In this document: in pieces, positions 50,105 through 61,077 of the stretch
How positions within the stretch are numbered: position 1 is the stretch's first letter
Layout of the letters: the number at the start of each line of letters is the position of its first letter
Source of the DNA: Octopus sinensis
Taxonomy: Eukaryota
Length of the DNA stretch: 64,000 nt
Reading direction: 5' to 3'
Assembly: GCF_006345805.1 (NCBI RefSeq)
Contig: NC_042999.1
Coordinates: 6,324,001-6,388,000 of the forward strand
Position numbers and translations under genes: made by a program
Notes under the pieces: model-generated
What the model saw: the letters and a program-made list of their open reading frames with translations, nothing else
Told to the model about the DNA's origin: nothing
The model's database searches: none

Positions 50105-50655
50105 TATCTCATAGATATGCAAATTGCTCAGATTGGTTTGCTATGAAGGCTTTGAGGGTACGTTATTTATTATTTGACTATGTCTCTTCATTGTATAATG
50201 TTTCCTTTATGAACTCGCAGAAAATGAAGTAATTGAAGATGATATCTTAGAGTCAGAGAGTGAATACTCAGATGCTTTGCATAATAATTATGTAGTAAAT
50301 ACCAGTGACGCCAATTCTACTGACGAAGATGAACAATTAGTTGCTCGTAGTCGTAAGAGACAACATAGTTCTCCTGCACCAACTGCATCAACATCTAATA
50401 CTTATACCTGATATATATAGATGTTTTACCAAATATATTTCCTGGCAGGTGCCATGATACGAGTTAACTCGTATCGTTGGGCAAATAAAAGGTGTCTTTA
50501 GTGTTTCCACAACACACTCACAACGTTAGTTCCAGGCGCCAGTTCATTTTAAGCACGTTACAATAAAATAGACCTCTCTGAGTATGTTCATACCTGGCAA
50601 AATTGTATAGATGGCCAACTACGAGATCAACCCCTAGTTGGCAGTCGAAGAGCTA
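50105..50655 (+). mobile_element. Degenerate piggyBac-like transposase 5' relic with a 63-nt GT-AG intron
   Basis: The spliced frame reads FEENEVIEDDILESESEYSD...STDEDEQLVARSRKRQ...TYT*, an acidic plus basic N-terminus typical of piggyBac. The right end ttggcagtcgaagag is TIR-like. Confidence 0.4.
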
Positions 50656-51986
50656 TTTTTTCATATTTACACAACTCCCAAATCAGTGAATTCAGTGTGC
50701 AGAGAAGTGGAGATTTCAAATTTAGGTATTGGAAGTATATTCCTGATGATTTGAAAGCCAATCAGTCAGTCGTTGAAATAGCTGCTAAATACCCTCAAAT
50801 GTCACAGTGCTCTCTTTCAAAAAAAAAAAAAAAAAAAAAAAAAAAGACGGGGGGGGGGGGGGGAGAGACATTTGCTATAATGCAATCTTTCACCCCTCCC
50901 CTTTAAAAAGAAGCGGGTGGTCACAGGTGGGATATCATGGATAACATTTCTGCTGCATCAGAATTCTTCTAATGTTCAGCATTTGATTAGACACAAACTG
51001 ACAGGTCATTAGTGTCCAAAGTACATTGACATAGCTTTAGGGACAAAAAAAAGAAAGAAAACCCATAGAGAACTGGGATAAAGCCTGAACAGGATGGAAT
51101 CTCTTCTTACATTACAGGGCTTACTCACAGCAGATGTTATTATAATTAATTAGGGGGGAGTATCTTGATTTGATTAATTACGCTTAGTGTATTTAAAATA
51201 GAAATATTGTGTGAGGATAACATAAAAAGCAGACAAGTTCAGATTTTCAGTTTATACATAGAGCTAGAAAGTAGGGATTAGAGATCCAGACAAATACCTC
51301 AGTCAACATTTCATGTGAAAAACCTGGCAAACAGAATGTCACGGCAAGCTGGCAGAAACATTAGCATGCCGGGTGAAATGTTTTGCGGTATTTTGTCTGG
51401 CGTTACATTCTGAGTTCAAATTCCACCGAGGTCGACTTTGCCTTTCATCCTTTCGGGGTCAATAAATTAAGTACCAGTTACGCACTGGGGTCGATGTAAT
51501 CAACTTAATCTGTTTGTCTGTCCTTGTTTAGCCCCTTGTGGGCAGTAAAGAAATAAGAATGTCAAGTGAGAGAATTTGTAGAGGTTAAGTCCACAGGCCG
51601 TTCCATACAAACCTTTAATTCTGAAGAGATTCAGCAATATTGATTGGTGCATTTATCATAGTGTGTAATAGCAATTAGACTAAAAAAAAAAACAATGTTT
51701 TTGTTACATAACTCTTTATTCAAGGTTGTGGTCATTTCAAATGGCTAGAGGAACTATTTCATAATACACATTTGTTTGTACATATTAATTCCTGTAAATC
51801 CATACAATAACTGATGGAAGTTTACTCCTCCACCACTTTAAAATTATCTTGGTAGTTTTTAGAGTTTCAAACAAACTTTTGCTGTGGTAGAGCTGGAGTT
51901 TCCATAGTGTCAGTTACAAATGCGAAGTGTACCCCCAACAGGATAACTCAGCAGATGGAGATTAACTGACATATCAGATTATCTTA

Positions 51987-52220
51987 AAGGCGGTGAGCTG
52001 GCAGAAACGTTATCACGCCGGGTGAAATGCTTAGCGGTATTTTGTCTGCCGCTACGTTCTGAGTTAAAATTCAGCCGAGGTTGACTTTGCCTTTCATCCT
52101 TTCGGGGTCAATAAGTTAAGTACCAGTAATGCACTGGGGTCGATATAATCGACTTAATTCGTTTGTCTGTCCTTGTTTGTCCCCTCTGTGTTTAGCCCCT
52201 TGTGGGTAGTAAAGAAATAG
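51987..52220 (+). mobile_element. tRNA-derived SINE family 2 with an 11-bp TSD AGATTATCTTA. Other copies: 1-60, 12244-12476, 12995-13190, 14277-14486 -, 20470-20690, 23897-24122, 25966-26200, 34900-35105, 51342-51557
   Basis: GGCGGTGAGCTGGCAGAA head, GAGTTCAAATTC B box, core GTCGACTTTGCCTTTCATCCTTTCGGGGTCGATAAATTAAGTACC. Confidence 0.88.
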
Positions 52221-53477
52221 ATTATCTTTAATTTATTACAAACCAACCAATGCCATAGCCCCAGTTAGTTATCATCATCATTTCTTTTTTAATTGGTTGA
52301 TTATTATATATGTATATGGAATAGCTAAGATGTTTAGTATTAACGATGCCACTTAATATTACAGTGACTGAACTCAAATATCTGTTCTTGAATTATAAAT
52401 TATAAATAGTCAGGTTACAATGCTTATGGCTCAAAATGAGTTATTTTGAAACTGAGAATCATCTCGAAATAGTGCTTATAATGTTTAATGTTAGTCTTAT
52501 ATATTCTTTTATGTATAATGTTTAATATTGTTTTTATTTAATATATATATAAAGCCAAATATATTTAGTATGAAATATTCTTGTCAATATTGTACAAATG
52601 CTTGCTTTATGAATAATGTTTGGCCTGGTTTGCTTTCTGTCCTCAGCTTTTGTATTTTTTCCCGCCTTGTATCATGAAAAGTGCGTCTAAGTTTCAGTAA
52701 CCTTCATTGTGGCTTAGTTGTAGGAAGCTGCTTCAAACAATTTGATAGAAAATTCACAAAAGCGCATAGTTTGTGCATCAGTCTTGTAAAAATAGACACT
52801 TATATTGTACCATCATTGTTTTTATATCTGTTTATCCATGCTGGCATGGGTTGGATGGAGTTTACAATAGCACACAGCACTTCACCACTCGTTGCAGTCC
52901 CTTGTCTCCTTAAACACACAGTAAGACAAAGCACCAAGTTCTTGTTATGGCCTATGGCATATTTTAATTTTTTTTTGGCATGTTTTTTCTTTTATGCCCT
53001 TCTTCAACCACTTTACAGCATAGACTGGACATATGTTATCGTGCCACTGGCATTAGGCAGGTTGTTTAATAGTAATCTCAAAACATATATCCCTTCATTA
53101 TTGTATTGGGAATAGGGGCATTGCATTTTGTTTCGGACTCTTGCAGAACAGTTTTAGACTATTCGAGGGAACTTTCTAGAAAGATAGATTTCTATGCCAT
53201 CAGTTTAAACTTCAGGCTCCTTTCTAACTAGTTTACTTTTGTCTAATATCTATTATTTTAATTAATTTTTTTTGTTGCCGTTTAGCTAGAATTAAATGGG
53301 ACATTTAATGTAATATTTTCCTTTTCGCATAGTTATTTAAAACTGAATTCTAAGAGGTTTTAACTTTCAGTTGTTTTTGTCGTAGATCTGAAGAAAAATG
53401 TGTCTTTGGTTGTTTCAGGGGATTCTGTTGTTTTGGTTCTTTGAACAGTATTTCTGAGACTAGGATTTCTGTTACGC

Positions 53478-53718
53478 ATACTGTTTATATTAGTCAGTCT
53501 GGTATCCACGTCTCCAGTGTTGCTTTCGCTATGTTTTGGCTGTTGTGTGCTCCAGCCTTCTTTAGGTGTCTTGTGTTGGACTCGGTTGATTGAAGCTCCG
53601 ATACAGCAACCGAGTTCAACATAACACCTGAAGAGAAAGCTGGAGCATAAAACAGCCAAAACATAGTGAAAGCACCAATGAAAGATGAAGACATCACACT
53701 GACCAATACAGACAGTAT
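53478..53718. mobile_element. Fold-back hammerhead element, family B (diverged)
   Basis: About 110-bp inverted arms. AACAC-CTGAAGA...GCTG/CAGC..AAAC at 53623 onward; single arms at 33859-33951 and 35326-35410. Confidence 0.65.
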
Positions 53719-53960
53719 ATAGATAGTATGTCTGATATTTTTCCAGTGTTCTCTTTTTCTAGTTGAGTCTGGGGTAGTTTTGTTTCTTTGAAGGATTTCT
53801 CAGTGTCTTCTCATTTAAATCCCCTCAGCTTCAATAAAAAAATTTTTTCCTCCTTTCTTCTGTTACTCCAAGTAAAAACATGGAAGGCAGTGTCTGTTCA
53901 GTCAGTTTATAGAAAGTCTTAGTGTTGATAGCTTCTCCATTTTTTTTTTCCCCCCTTTAG

Positions 53961-54086
53961 GTTGATGGTGCCTATGCTGCTATAAAATTCCAGCCCAAAG
54001 AAACTGATCAGATGGGGTCAGCGTCCAAAGAAGATCCTTCAGCTGTGCTGCAAGATTGTCGGCTGTTGCGAAAAGATGAATTGCAG
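53961..54086 (+). CDS. UBR5: UBR5 exon 15 (VDGAYAAIKF...LQDCRLLRKDELQ)
   Basis: ccccctttag acceptor, CAG|GTAGGA donor. Confidence 0.95.
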
Positions 54087-55868
54087 GTAGGAAAAATAAT
54101 CCTTGATTGGATCTCACTACATTCCACATTGGTTGGAGATTTTAGTTGGATTTGACTGGCTTGATAGAGTGAAATAACAAAACCTAACACATTTGCCTCA
54201 CTTTTTCAACCCCTTTCACTCCCTGCTCACTTTCTATTAGTTACAAACATTAATGTTGATTAGTAAATAACTTTGATGTCTTTGGAAACAAACAAGCCAA
54301 AAAAAGTGGGGGTAGGGGTTTGGGGTTTCAAATCTAAGCTTGTTTATTTCAAATAATTTTGTTAATCTTCTGCTTGGAATTTGAAATAATGTTTTTGGGT
54401 TTATGCCAAAATAGTTGATAAAGCAAATTACAACTATTTAAAAACAAATTTCCAAAATTAAACTCTGTGTGTGTGTGTGTTTAATATATCTAATATAGGT
54501 TTGCAATTTTCCGCTTGATTTTTTGTCTTGCATTTAATTCCAAATTCTCAGAGCTTGCTACTGTTAGTTTTGTGGATCCTTTTGTCATATCTGTTCTCTA
54601 TTCAGATCATCATCAGATATCGCTTATATCTGCTTTCTGAGGCAGGGTGTCTCTGCATGTATTTCAGTAATTTGTCATCTCAAACAAATAACACACTCGA
54701 CATTCATCAGGTGTTTATTGGTTACACAACTTGGAACAATTATAGGCATAACAATTCTTTAGAATTGGCACTGTTAATATCATCTCGGACCAGATGACTT
54801 AGCAAAAGCACTATGAAATTCAGCCAATATAAACAGATGACCAGTTCTTAGATATTTACATATACATATTTAATTTGCTGTAGACTAGATTACCAGAAGA
54901 ATATGCTTATACTAAATCATGAAAAGTATTTGGTGAGGCCTAAATTTTTTTTTATTTTCCAGAAGGTGGAAGCTCTGATGATTTTAGTAAATAATTTATT
55001 ACACACCTTTTCCATAACTAACTAAAAATTTTGAAATTTTTTAAAGAGTTGTTTTCTTGGTTTCAAATTTTGGCACATGGCCAACAGTTTCAGGGGAGGG
55101 AGGGTAAATCAATTACATTTTACCCCAGTGTCCCACTGGTATCTATTTTCATCACCATCACTTAACATCTGCTTTCCATACTGGCATTGGTTGGACAGTT
55201 TGACTGAGGACTGGCAAGCCAGAGGGCTGCACCAGGCTCCAATCTGATCTGGCAAGGTTTTCTAATACCAACCACTCTGAGAGTGTAGTGGGTGCTTTTT
55301 ACGTGCCACTGGCATGGGAGCCAGTCATGCGGTCCTGACATCGGCCTGGCTTCAAAAAGATGAAGGGCAAAACTGACCTCAGCAGCATTTGATTTCAGAA
55401 TGTAAAGACGAATGAAATACCACTAAGCATTTTACCCTGGCTGGCTAACGATCCTGCCAGCTCACCACCTTATTGTTAGTAAGTAAATATAATAATGACA
55501 GTGCTCAGGTGCACCACAACCTATTATATACAAGAATGTGTATGTGTGAGGGGGGGAGAGGTTCAAATATACAGTTTTCTTTTTTATGTTAATATAATGC
55601 ATGCAGCTAACCAAATTAATTATTTCACATTAAAAGAAACAATATTGTTCTCTCTTTGCACTCATTCCCCTTTGGATATTTTGTTATGCTTTTGCTGTTT
55701 CTATTCCATTTTTCTATGCATGCTTTTTTTTTCCGTCATAATTTTAGTTTAAAGATATTAAATTTAAAAACTTAATATTTTCATCTCGTAAGATAAGCTA
55801 TGCACTTTTAAAGAATGAATTATTTATTTAAAATTGTTATTCTGTTAACCAAACTGAGTTATGAGATT

Positions 55869-56249
55869 GGGGGCGCAATGGCCCAGTGGTTAGGGCAGCG
55901 AACTCATGGTTGTAGGATCGTGGTTTCGATTCCCAGACTGGACGTTGTGAGTGTTTGAGTGAAAACACCTAAAAGCTCCATGAGGCTCTAGCAGAGATTG
56001 GTGGTGAACCCTTCTGTACTCTCTCACCAAAACTTTCTTTCACTCTTTCTTCCTGTTTCTGTTGTACCTGTATTTGAAAGGGGCCAGCCTTGTCACACTC
56101 TGTCACACTGAATCTCCCCCAAGAATTACGTTAAGGGTACACATGTCTGTGGAGTGCTCAGCCACTTGCATGTTAATTTCATGAGTAGGCTGTTCTGTTG
56201 ATCGGATCAACTGGAACCCTTGTCGTCGTAACCGACGGAGTGTCACGAT
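55869..56249 (+). mobile_element. tRNA-derived SINE family 3. Other copies: 24530-24695 (fused to a family 1 tail), 34409-34770, 36488-36795
   Basis: GGCGCAATGGCCCAGTGGTTAGG A box, GGTTTCGATTCC B box. Confidence 0.85.
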
Positions 56250-56417
56250 TATGAAATTAAGAAACCAAAACACTTGTAAAACCTAAACAGTTTCGTACGT
56301 AGAGTATTTAAGATTATCAAGATGACTCCCCCCTGGCTTCTACATTTGCAGTTTTTCTGTCTGGAATATCTTTCATTATTAAAGAAATTAGAGGATAGAA
56401 ATTATTTTATACAGTGC

Positions 56418-59281
56418 CCACAACATAGACTGGGAAGAATGTACTCCACAACATAGACTGGTAGTTAGTGACTTTAGGATCAGGACTAGGAGGACAACCA
56501 GAAGACGACAAATATGGAGAAGAAGGATCTGGAAGCTTAAAGATCCTGCAAATGGACAGAGATTTAGGGACATATTACTTGAAGCCTCTGACGAAGTAGA
56601 AGGGGATAGAGCATCACAGGGGGTAGAAGACAGCTGGACGTTTCTAAGGGACAACCTGCTGAGAGCCACTGACCAGATCTGTGGCTGGTGCAAAGTCCCC
56701 TCTCGACCTAGAATAACGTGGTGGTGGAACAATATTGTAGACAGGGCTATTAGAGAAAAGAGACAGGCTTGGAAGGTCTGGAAAAATGGGGGTAGCAGGG
56801 AATTGTATCAGACTGCCAAAAGAGAAGCTAGGAGACGGGTTTATTTAGCCAGAGGGGAAGCAGATAAGAAAAAATTTGCCAATGTTCTGCGCCGTGAGGA
56901 CCAAAGACTGGAGGTGTTTCGCGTTGCAAGACAGTGTGTGAGAGAGAATCGTGATGTGGTAGGAGAGAAGTGTGTTCGCATGGAAGATGGTTCACTTGCG
57001 CTAAATGAGGATGCAAAGAGAGAGGTTTGGAGATGCCAATATGAAAGGTTGCTGAATGAAGAAAATGAATGGGATAAAGAGAGTCTGCCGAATGTTGACC
57101 CAACAGAGGGACCAGCTATCCGAGTTGATAGTTCCATGGTAGCTAAGGCAATTAGAAGCATGAAGACAGGAAAGCCCCAGGCCCATCAGAATCACTGCAG
57201 AGATGCTCAAAATGTCTGGTAGTGTCGGCTATAGCCTAGTCACCCGTATAGTTAATCAGGTGATACACAAAGGGGTCATACCCAATGACTGGTGTAGCAG
57301 TATAATAGTCAACTGCTACAAAGGTAAAGGTGATGCCCTAGATACAAATAACTACAGAGGTATCAAGCTGTTGGATCAGGTGATGAAGGTTACGGAGAGG
57401 GTCATAGCCCAACTAATTAGAGAGAGAGTTAGTTTAGATGAGATGCAGTTTGGGTTTGTGCCAGGGAAAAGTACTACTGATGCTATATTCCTGGTAAGGC
57501 AGCTGCAGGAGAAATACCTAGCCAAAGATAAGCCCCTGTACCTGGCTTTTGTTGACATGGAGAAAGCCTTCGACAGGGTCCCCCGATCCCTTATCTGGTG
57601 GGCAATGAGGAAACTAGGGATAGATGAATGGTTAGTGAGAGCTGTGCGGGCCATGTATAGGGATGCTGCTAGTAGGGTGAGGGTTGGAAATGAGTACAGT
57701 GAAGAATTCCGGGTAGAGGTAGGGGTCCACCAAGGCTCAGTACTCAGCCCCCTCCTATTTATCATAGTCCTCCAGGCAATAACGGAGGAATTCAAGACAG
57801 GATGCCCTTGGGAGCTCCTCTATGCTGATGACCTTGCTCTAATTGCTGAGTCGCTATCAGAACTGGAGGAGAAGTTTCAGGTGTGGAAACAAGGATTAGA
57901 ATCGAAGGGCCTCAGTCAATCTAGCTAAAACCAAAGTCGTAATCAGTAGGAAGGTAGACAAATCACAAACACCTTCAGGTAGATGGCCCTGCTCGATCTG
58001 TAGAAAAGGTGTAGGTAGAAACTCTATAAGATGCACCAAGTGTAAGCTATGGACACATAAGAGGTGCAGCAATGTCAAAGGAAGGCTAACTAGGAAGATG
58101 GTTTTTGTATGTGGCAGATGCTCAGGAACAATAAACACTGAAAATGCTCTGAGACCAACTTCCGTCACTTTCCAGGGAGAAAAACTAGAAATAGTTGATA
58201 GTTTCCGTTACCTAGGTGACCAAGTCAGCAGCGGGGGCGGGTGTGCTGAAAGTGTAACTGCTAGAGTAAGAATAGCTTGGGCAAAGTTCAGAGAGCTCTT
58301 ACCTCTGCTGGTGACAAAAGGCCTCTCGCACAGAGTGAAAGGCAGACTGTATGATGCGTGTGTACGAACAGCCATGCTACATGGCAGTGAAACATGGGCC
58401 GTGACTGCTGAGGATATGCGTAAGCTCGCTAGAAATGAAGCCAGTATGCTCCGATGGATGTGTAATGCCAGTACTCATACTCGGCAGAGTGTAAGTACCT
58501 TGAGAGAAAAGCTGGACCTAAGAAGCATCAGTTGTGGTGTGCAAGAGAGACGTTTGCGCTGGTATGGTCATGTGGCGAGAATGGATGAAGATAGTTGTGT
58601 GAAAAAGTGCCACACCCTAGCGGTTGAGGGAACCTGTGGAAGAGGCAGACCCAGGAAAACCTGGGACGGGGTGGTGAAGCACGACCTTCGAACTTTAGGT
58701 CTCACTGAGGAAATGACTAGAGACCGAGTCCTCTGGAAGTGTGCTGTGCGCGAGAAGACCCGGCAGGACAAGTGAGTCCATAACCCGTGGCCTTCTACAT
58801 GGGATGGAGCCAGCCTACGTATGCATACCTTCCCTTCTTGGGACACAAAACTCTACTTCTGAAGACGTGTTGAGGCAAGTGAGGATCAGAATCGAAATCG
58901 ATCAATGGAAATTGCAGATGTGTTACCAGTGCCGGTGGCATGTAAGAGAACTTTCCGTTTCGCGACCGTTGCCAGCACCGCCCCGTTTCGTGTCCGTTGC
59001 CAGCCTCGCCTGGCCCTTGTGCCGGTGGCACATAAAAAGCACCATCCGTTTGTGGCCGTTTGCCAGCTCTGTCTGGCACCAGTGCGGGTGGCACGTAAAA
59101 AGCACCCACTACACTCACGGAGTGGTTGGCGTTAGGAAGGGCATCCAGCCGTAGAAACACTGCCAGATTTGACTGGGCCTGATGAAGCCTTCTGGCTTCA
59201 CAGACCCCAGTAGAACCGTCCAACCCATGCTAGCATGGAAAACGGACGCTAAACAACGATGATGATGATGATGATGATGAT
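56418..59281 (+). mobile_element. RTE-clade LINE, 5'-truncated (end of endonuclease, RT, PHD-like finger, 3' UTR, (GAT)n tail)
   Basis: RT motifs YKGKGD, NYRGIKL, QFGF.PGKST.DAIF, FVDMEKAFDRVP, GVHQGSVLSPLLF, LLYADD; C-terminal RLRWYGHV.RM and GRPRKTW. Confidence 0.97.
56434..58775 (+). pseudogene. RTE ORF, interrupted only by small deletions (about 57170-57190 and about 57914)
   Basis: Three consecutive open frames (56434-57170, 57203-57914, 57915-58775) with no premature stop in the reconstructed frame. Confidence 0.9.
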
Positions 59282-59434
59282 TGTTTATTAAATTAATATT
59301 TCTCATTTTAGTGAAATTTACTTAATGAGATCAATTATGCAAGTCATGTCTGTTATTTTTCAGTTTTTTCCTGAACGTAATAATTCAAAATTGAAAATAT
59401 TAATAAAAGTGCTGCTAGTAAAAGTAGCTGCCTT

Positions 59435-59442
<8 letters not shown>

Positions 59443-59523
<81 letters not shown>

Positions 59524-60452
59524 TCTCTCCTCTCCTCTCCTCTCTTCTCTTCTCTCTTCTCTTCTTCTCTTCTCTCTTCTCTTCTCTTCTCTCTTCTCTT
59601 CTTCTTCTCTTCTCTCTCTCTTCTCTCTCTCTCTTCTTCTCTCTCTCTCTTCTCTTCTCTCTCTCTCCTCTCTTCTCTCTCTTCTTCTCTCTCTCTCTCT
59701 TCTCTTCTCTTCTCTCTTCTCTTCTTCTCTTCTCTTCTCTCTCTTCTTCTCTTCTCTCTCTTCTCTTCTCTCTCTCTCTTCTCTTCTCTCTCTCTCTTCT
59801 CTTCTCTCTCTCTCTTCTCTTCTCTCTCTCTCTCTCTTCTTCTCTTCTCTTCTCTTCTCTCTCTCTTCTCTTCTCTTCTCTCTTCTTCTCTTCTCTCTCT
59901 TCTTCTCTCTCTCTCTTCTCTCCTCTCCTCTCTTCTCTCTCTCTTCTTCTCTTCTCTTCTTCTCTCTTCTCTCTTCTCTTCTCTCTTCTCTCTTCTCTCT
60001 TCTCCTCTTCTCTTCTCTTCTCTCTTCTCTCTTCTCTTCTCTCTCTTCTCCTCTCTCTCTTCTCTTCCTCTCCTCTCTCTCTCTCTCTATTCTCTTCTCT
60101 CTCTCTCTCCTCTTCTCTTCTCTCTCTCTTCTCTTCTATTCTCTTCTCTCTTCTCTCTCTTCTTCTCTCTCTATCTTCTCTCTTCTCCTCTCTTCTCTCT
60201 CTCTCCTCTCTCTTCTCTCTCTCCTCTCTTCTCTCTCCTCTCTCTCTCTCTCTCTCCTCTCTTCTCCTCTCTCCTCTCTCTCTCTCTTCTCTCTTTCTCT
60301 CTCTCCTCTCTCTCTCTCTCTCCTCTCTTCTCTCTCTCTCCTCTCTTCTCTCTCTTCTCTTCTCTTCTCTCTCTTTCTCTCTCTTCTCTCTTCTCTCTCT
60401 TCTCTTCTCTCTCTTTCTCTCTCTCTCTCTCCTCTCTCCCTCCTCCTCTCTC
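59443..60452. repeat. About 1-kb pure polypyrimidine (CT/CTT/CTCTT) microsatellite
   Basis: Direct reading; source of the spurious LS-rich and ER-rich ORFs. Confidence 0.95.
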
Positions 60453-60498
60453 AATTTTGGCTGATCTAAAAAAAACGACTTCCTTCTTATTCTCGTAG

Positions 60499-60610
60499 GT
60501 ACTCAGAGGATCAAGCGCTCCTCGGATACCAGACTGCTTTCAGAAGATTCCTAAGAAAGTGACCATTGTTGAAAATGGACAGATTTTAGCTGTTGCTGTG
60601 GATTGTGAAG
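60499..60610 (+). CDS. UBR5: UBR5 exon 16 (VLRGSSAPRIPDCFQKIPKKVTIVENGQILAVAVDCE)
   Basis: tctcgtag acceptor, AAG|GTACAA donor. Conserved PDCFQ..PKK. Confidence 0.93.
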
Positions 60611-60803
60611 GTACAACTTTCAAGTTCTCTCTTTTTTTGGCTTTTCAACTATTTTACACACAGGCAATGGCTGTGTGGTTAAGAAGTCTGCTTCCCGACC
60701 TTACGGTCCCAGGTTTGGTTCCACTGTGTGACACCCTGGGCCAACCAAAGCCTTCTGAGTGGAATTAGTTGACAGAAACTGAAAGAAGCTTGCCATTTAT
60801 TTA

Positions 60804-60839
<36 letters not shown>

Positions 60840-61035
60840 CTCTTTTACTTGTTTTAGTCATTTGACTGCGGCCATGCTGGAGCACTGCCTTTAGTTGAGC
60901 AAATCGACCCCGGGACTTATTCTTTGTAAGCCCGGTACTTATTCTATCGTTCTCTTTTTGCCGAACTGCTAAGTGATGGGGACATAAACACACGAACATC
61001 GGTTGTCAAGCAATGCTAATGGGCCAAACAAACAC

Positions 61036-61077
<42 letters not shown>

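Noticed and set aside
59178-59205. CTGATGA followed by a hairpin in the RTE 3' UTR (hammerhead-like)
   Set aside because: No GAAA after the stem, and other copies read CTGGTGCAG at this position, so it is a chance variant.
59325-60464. 379-aa and 364-aa ORFs (LS-rich / ER-rich)
   Set aside because: Translations of the CT microsatellite.
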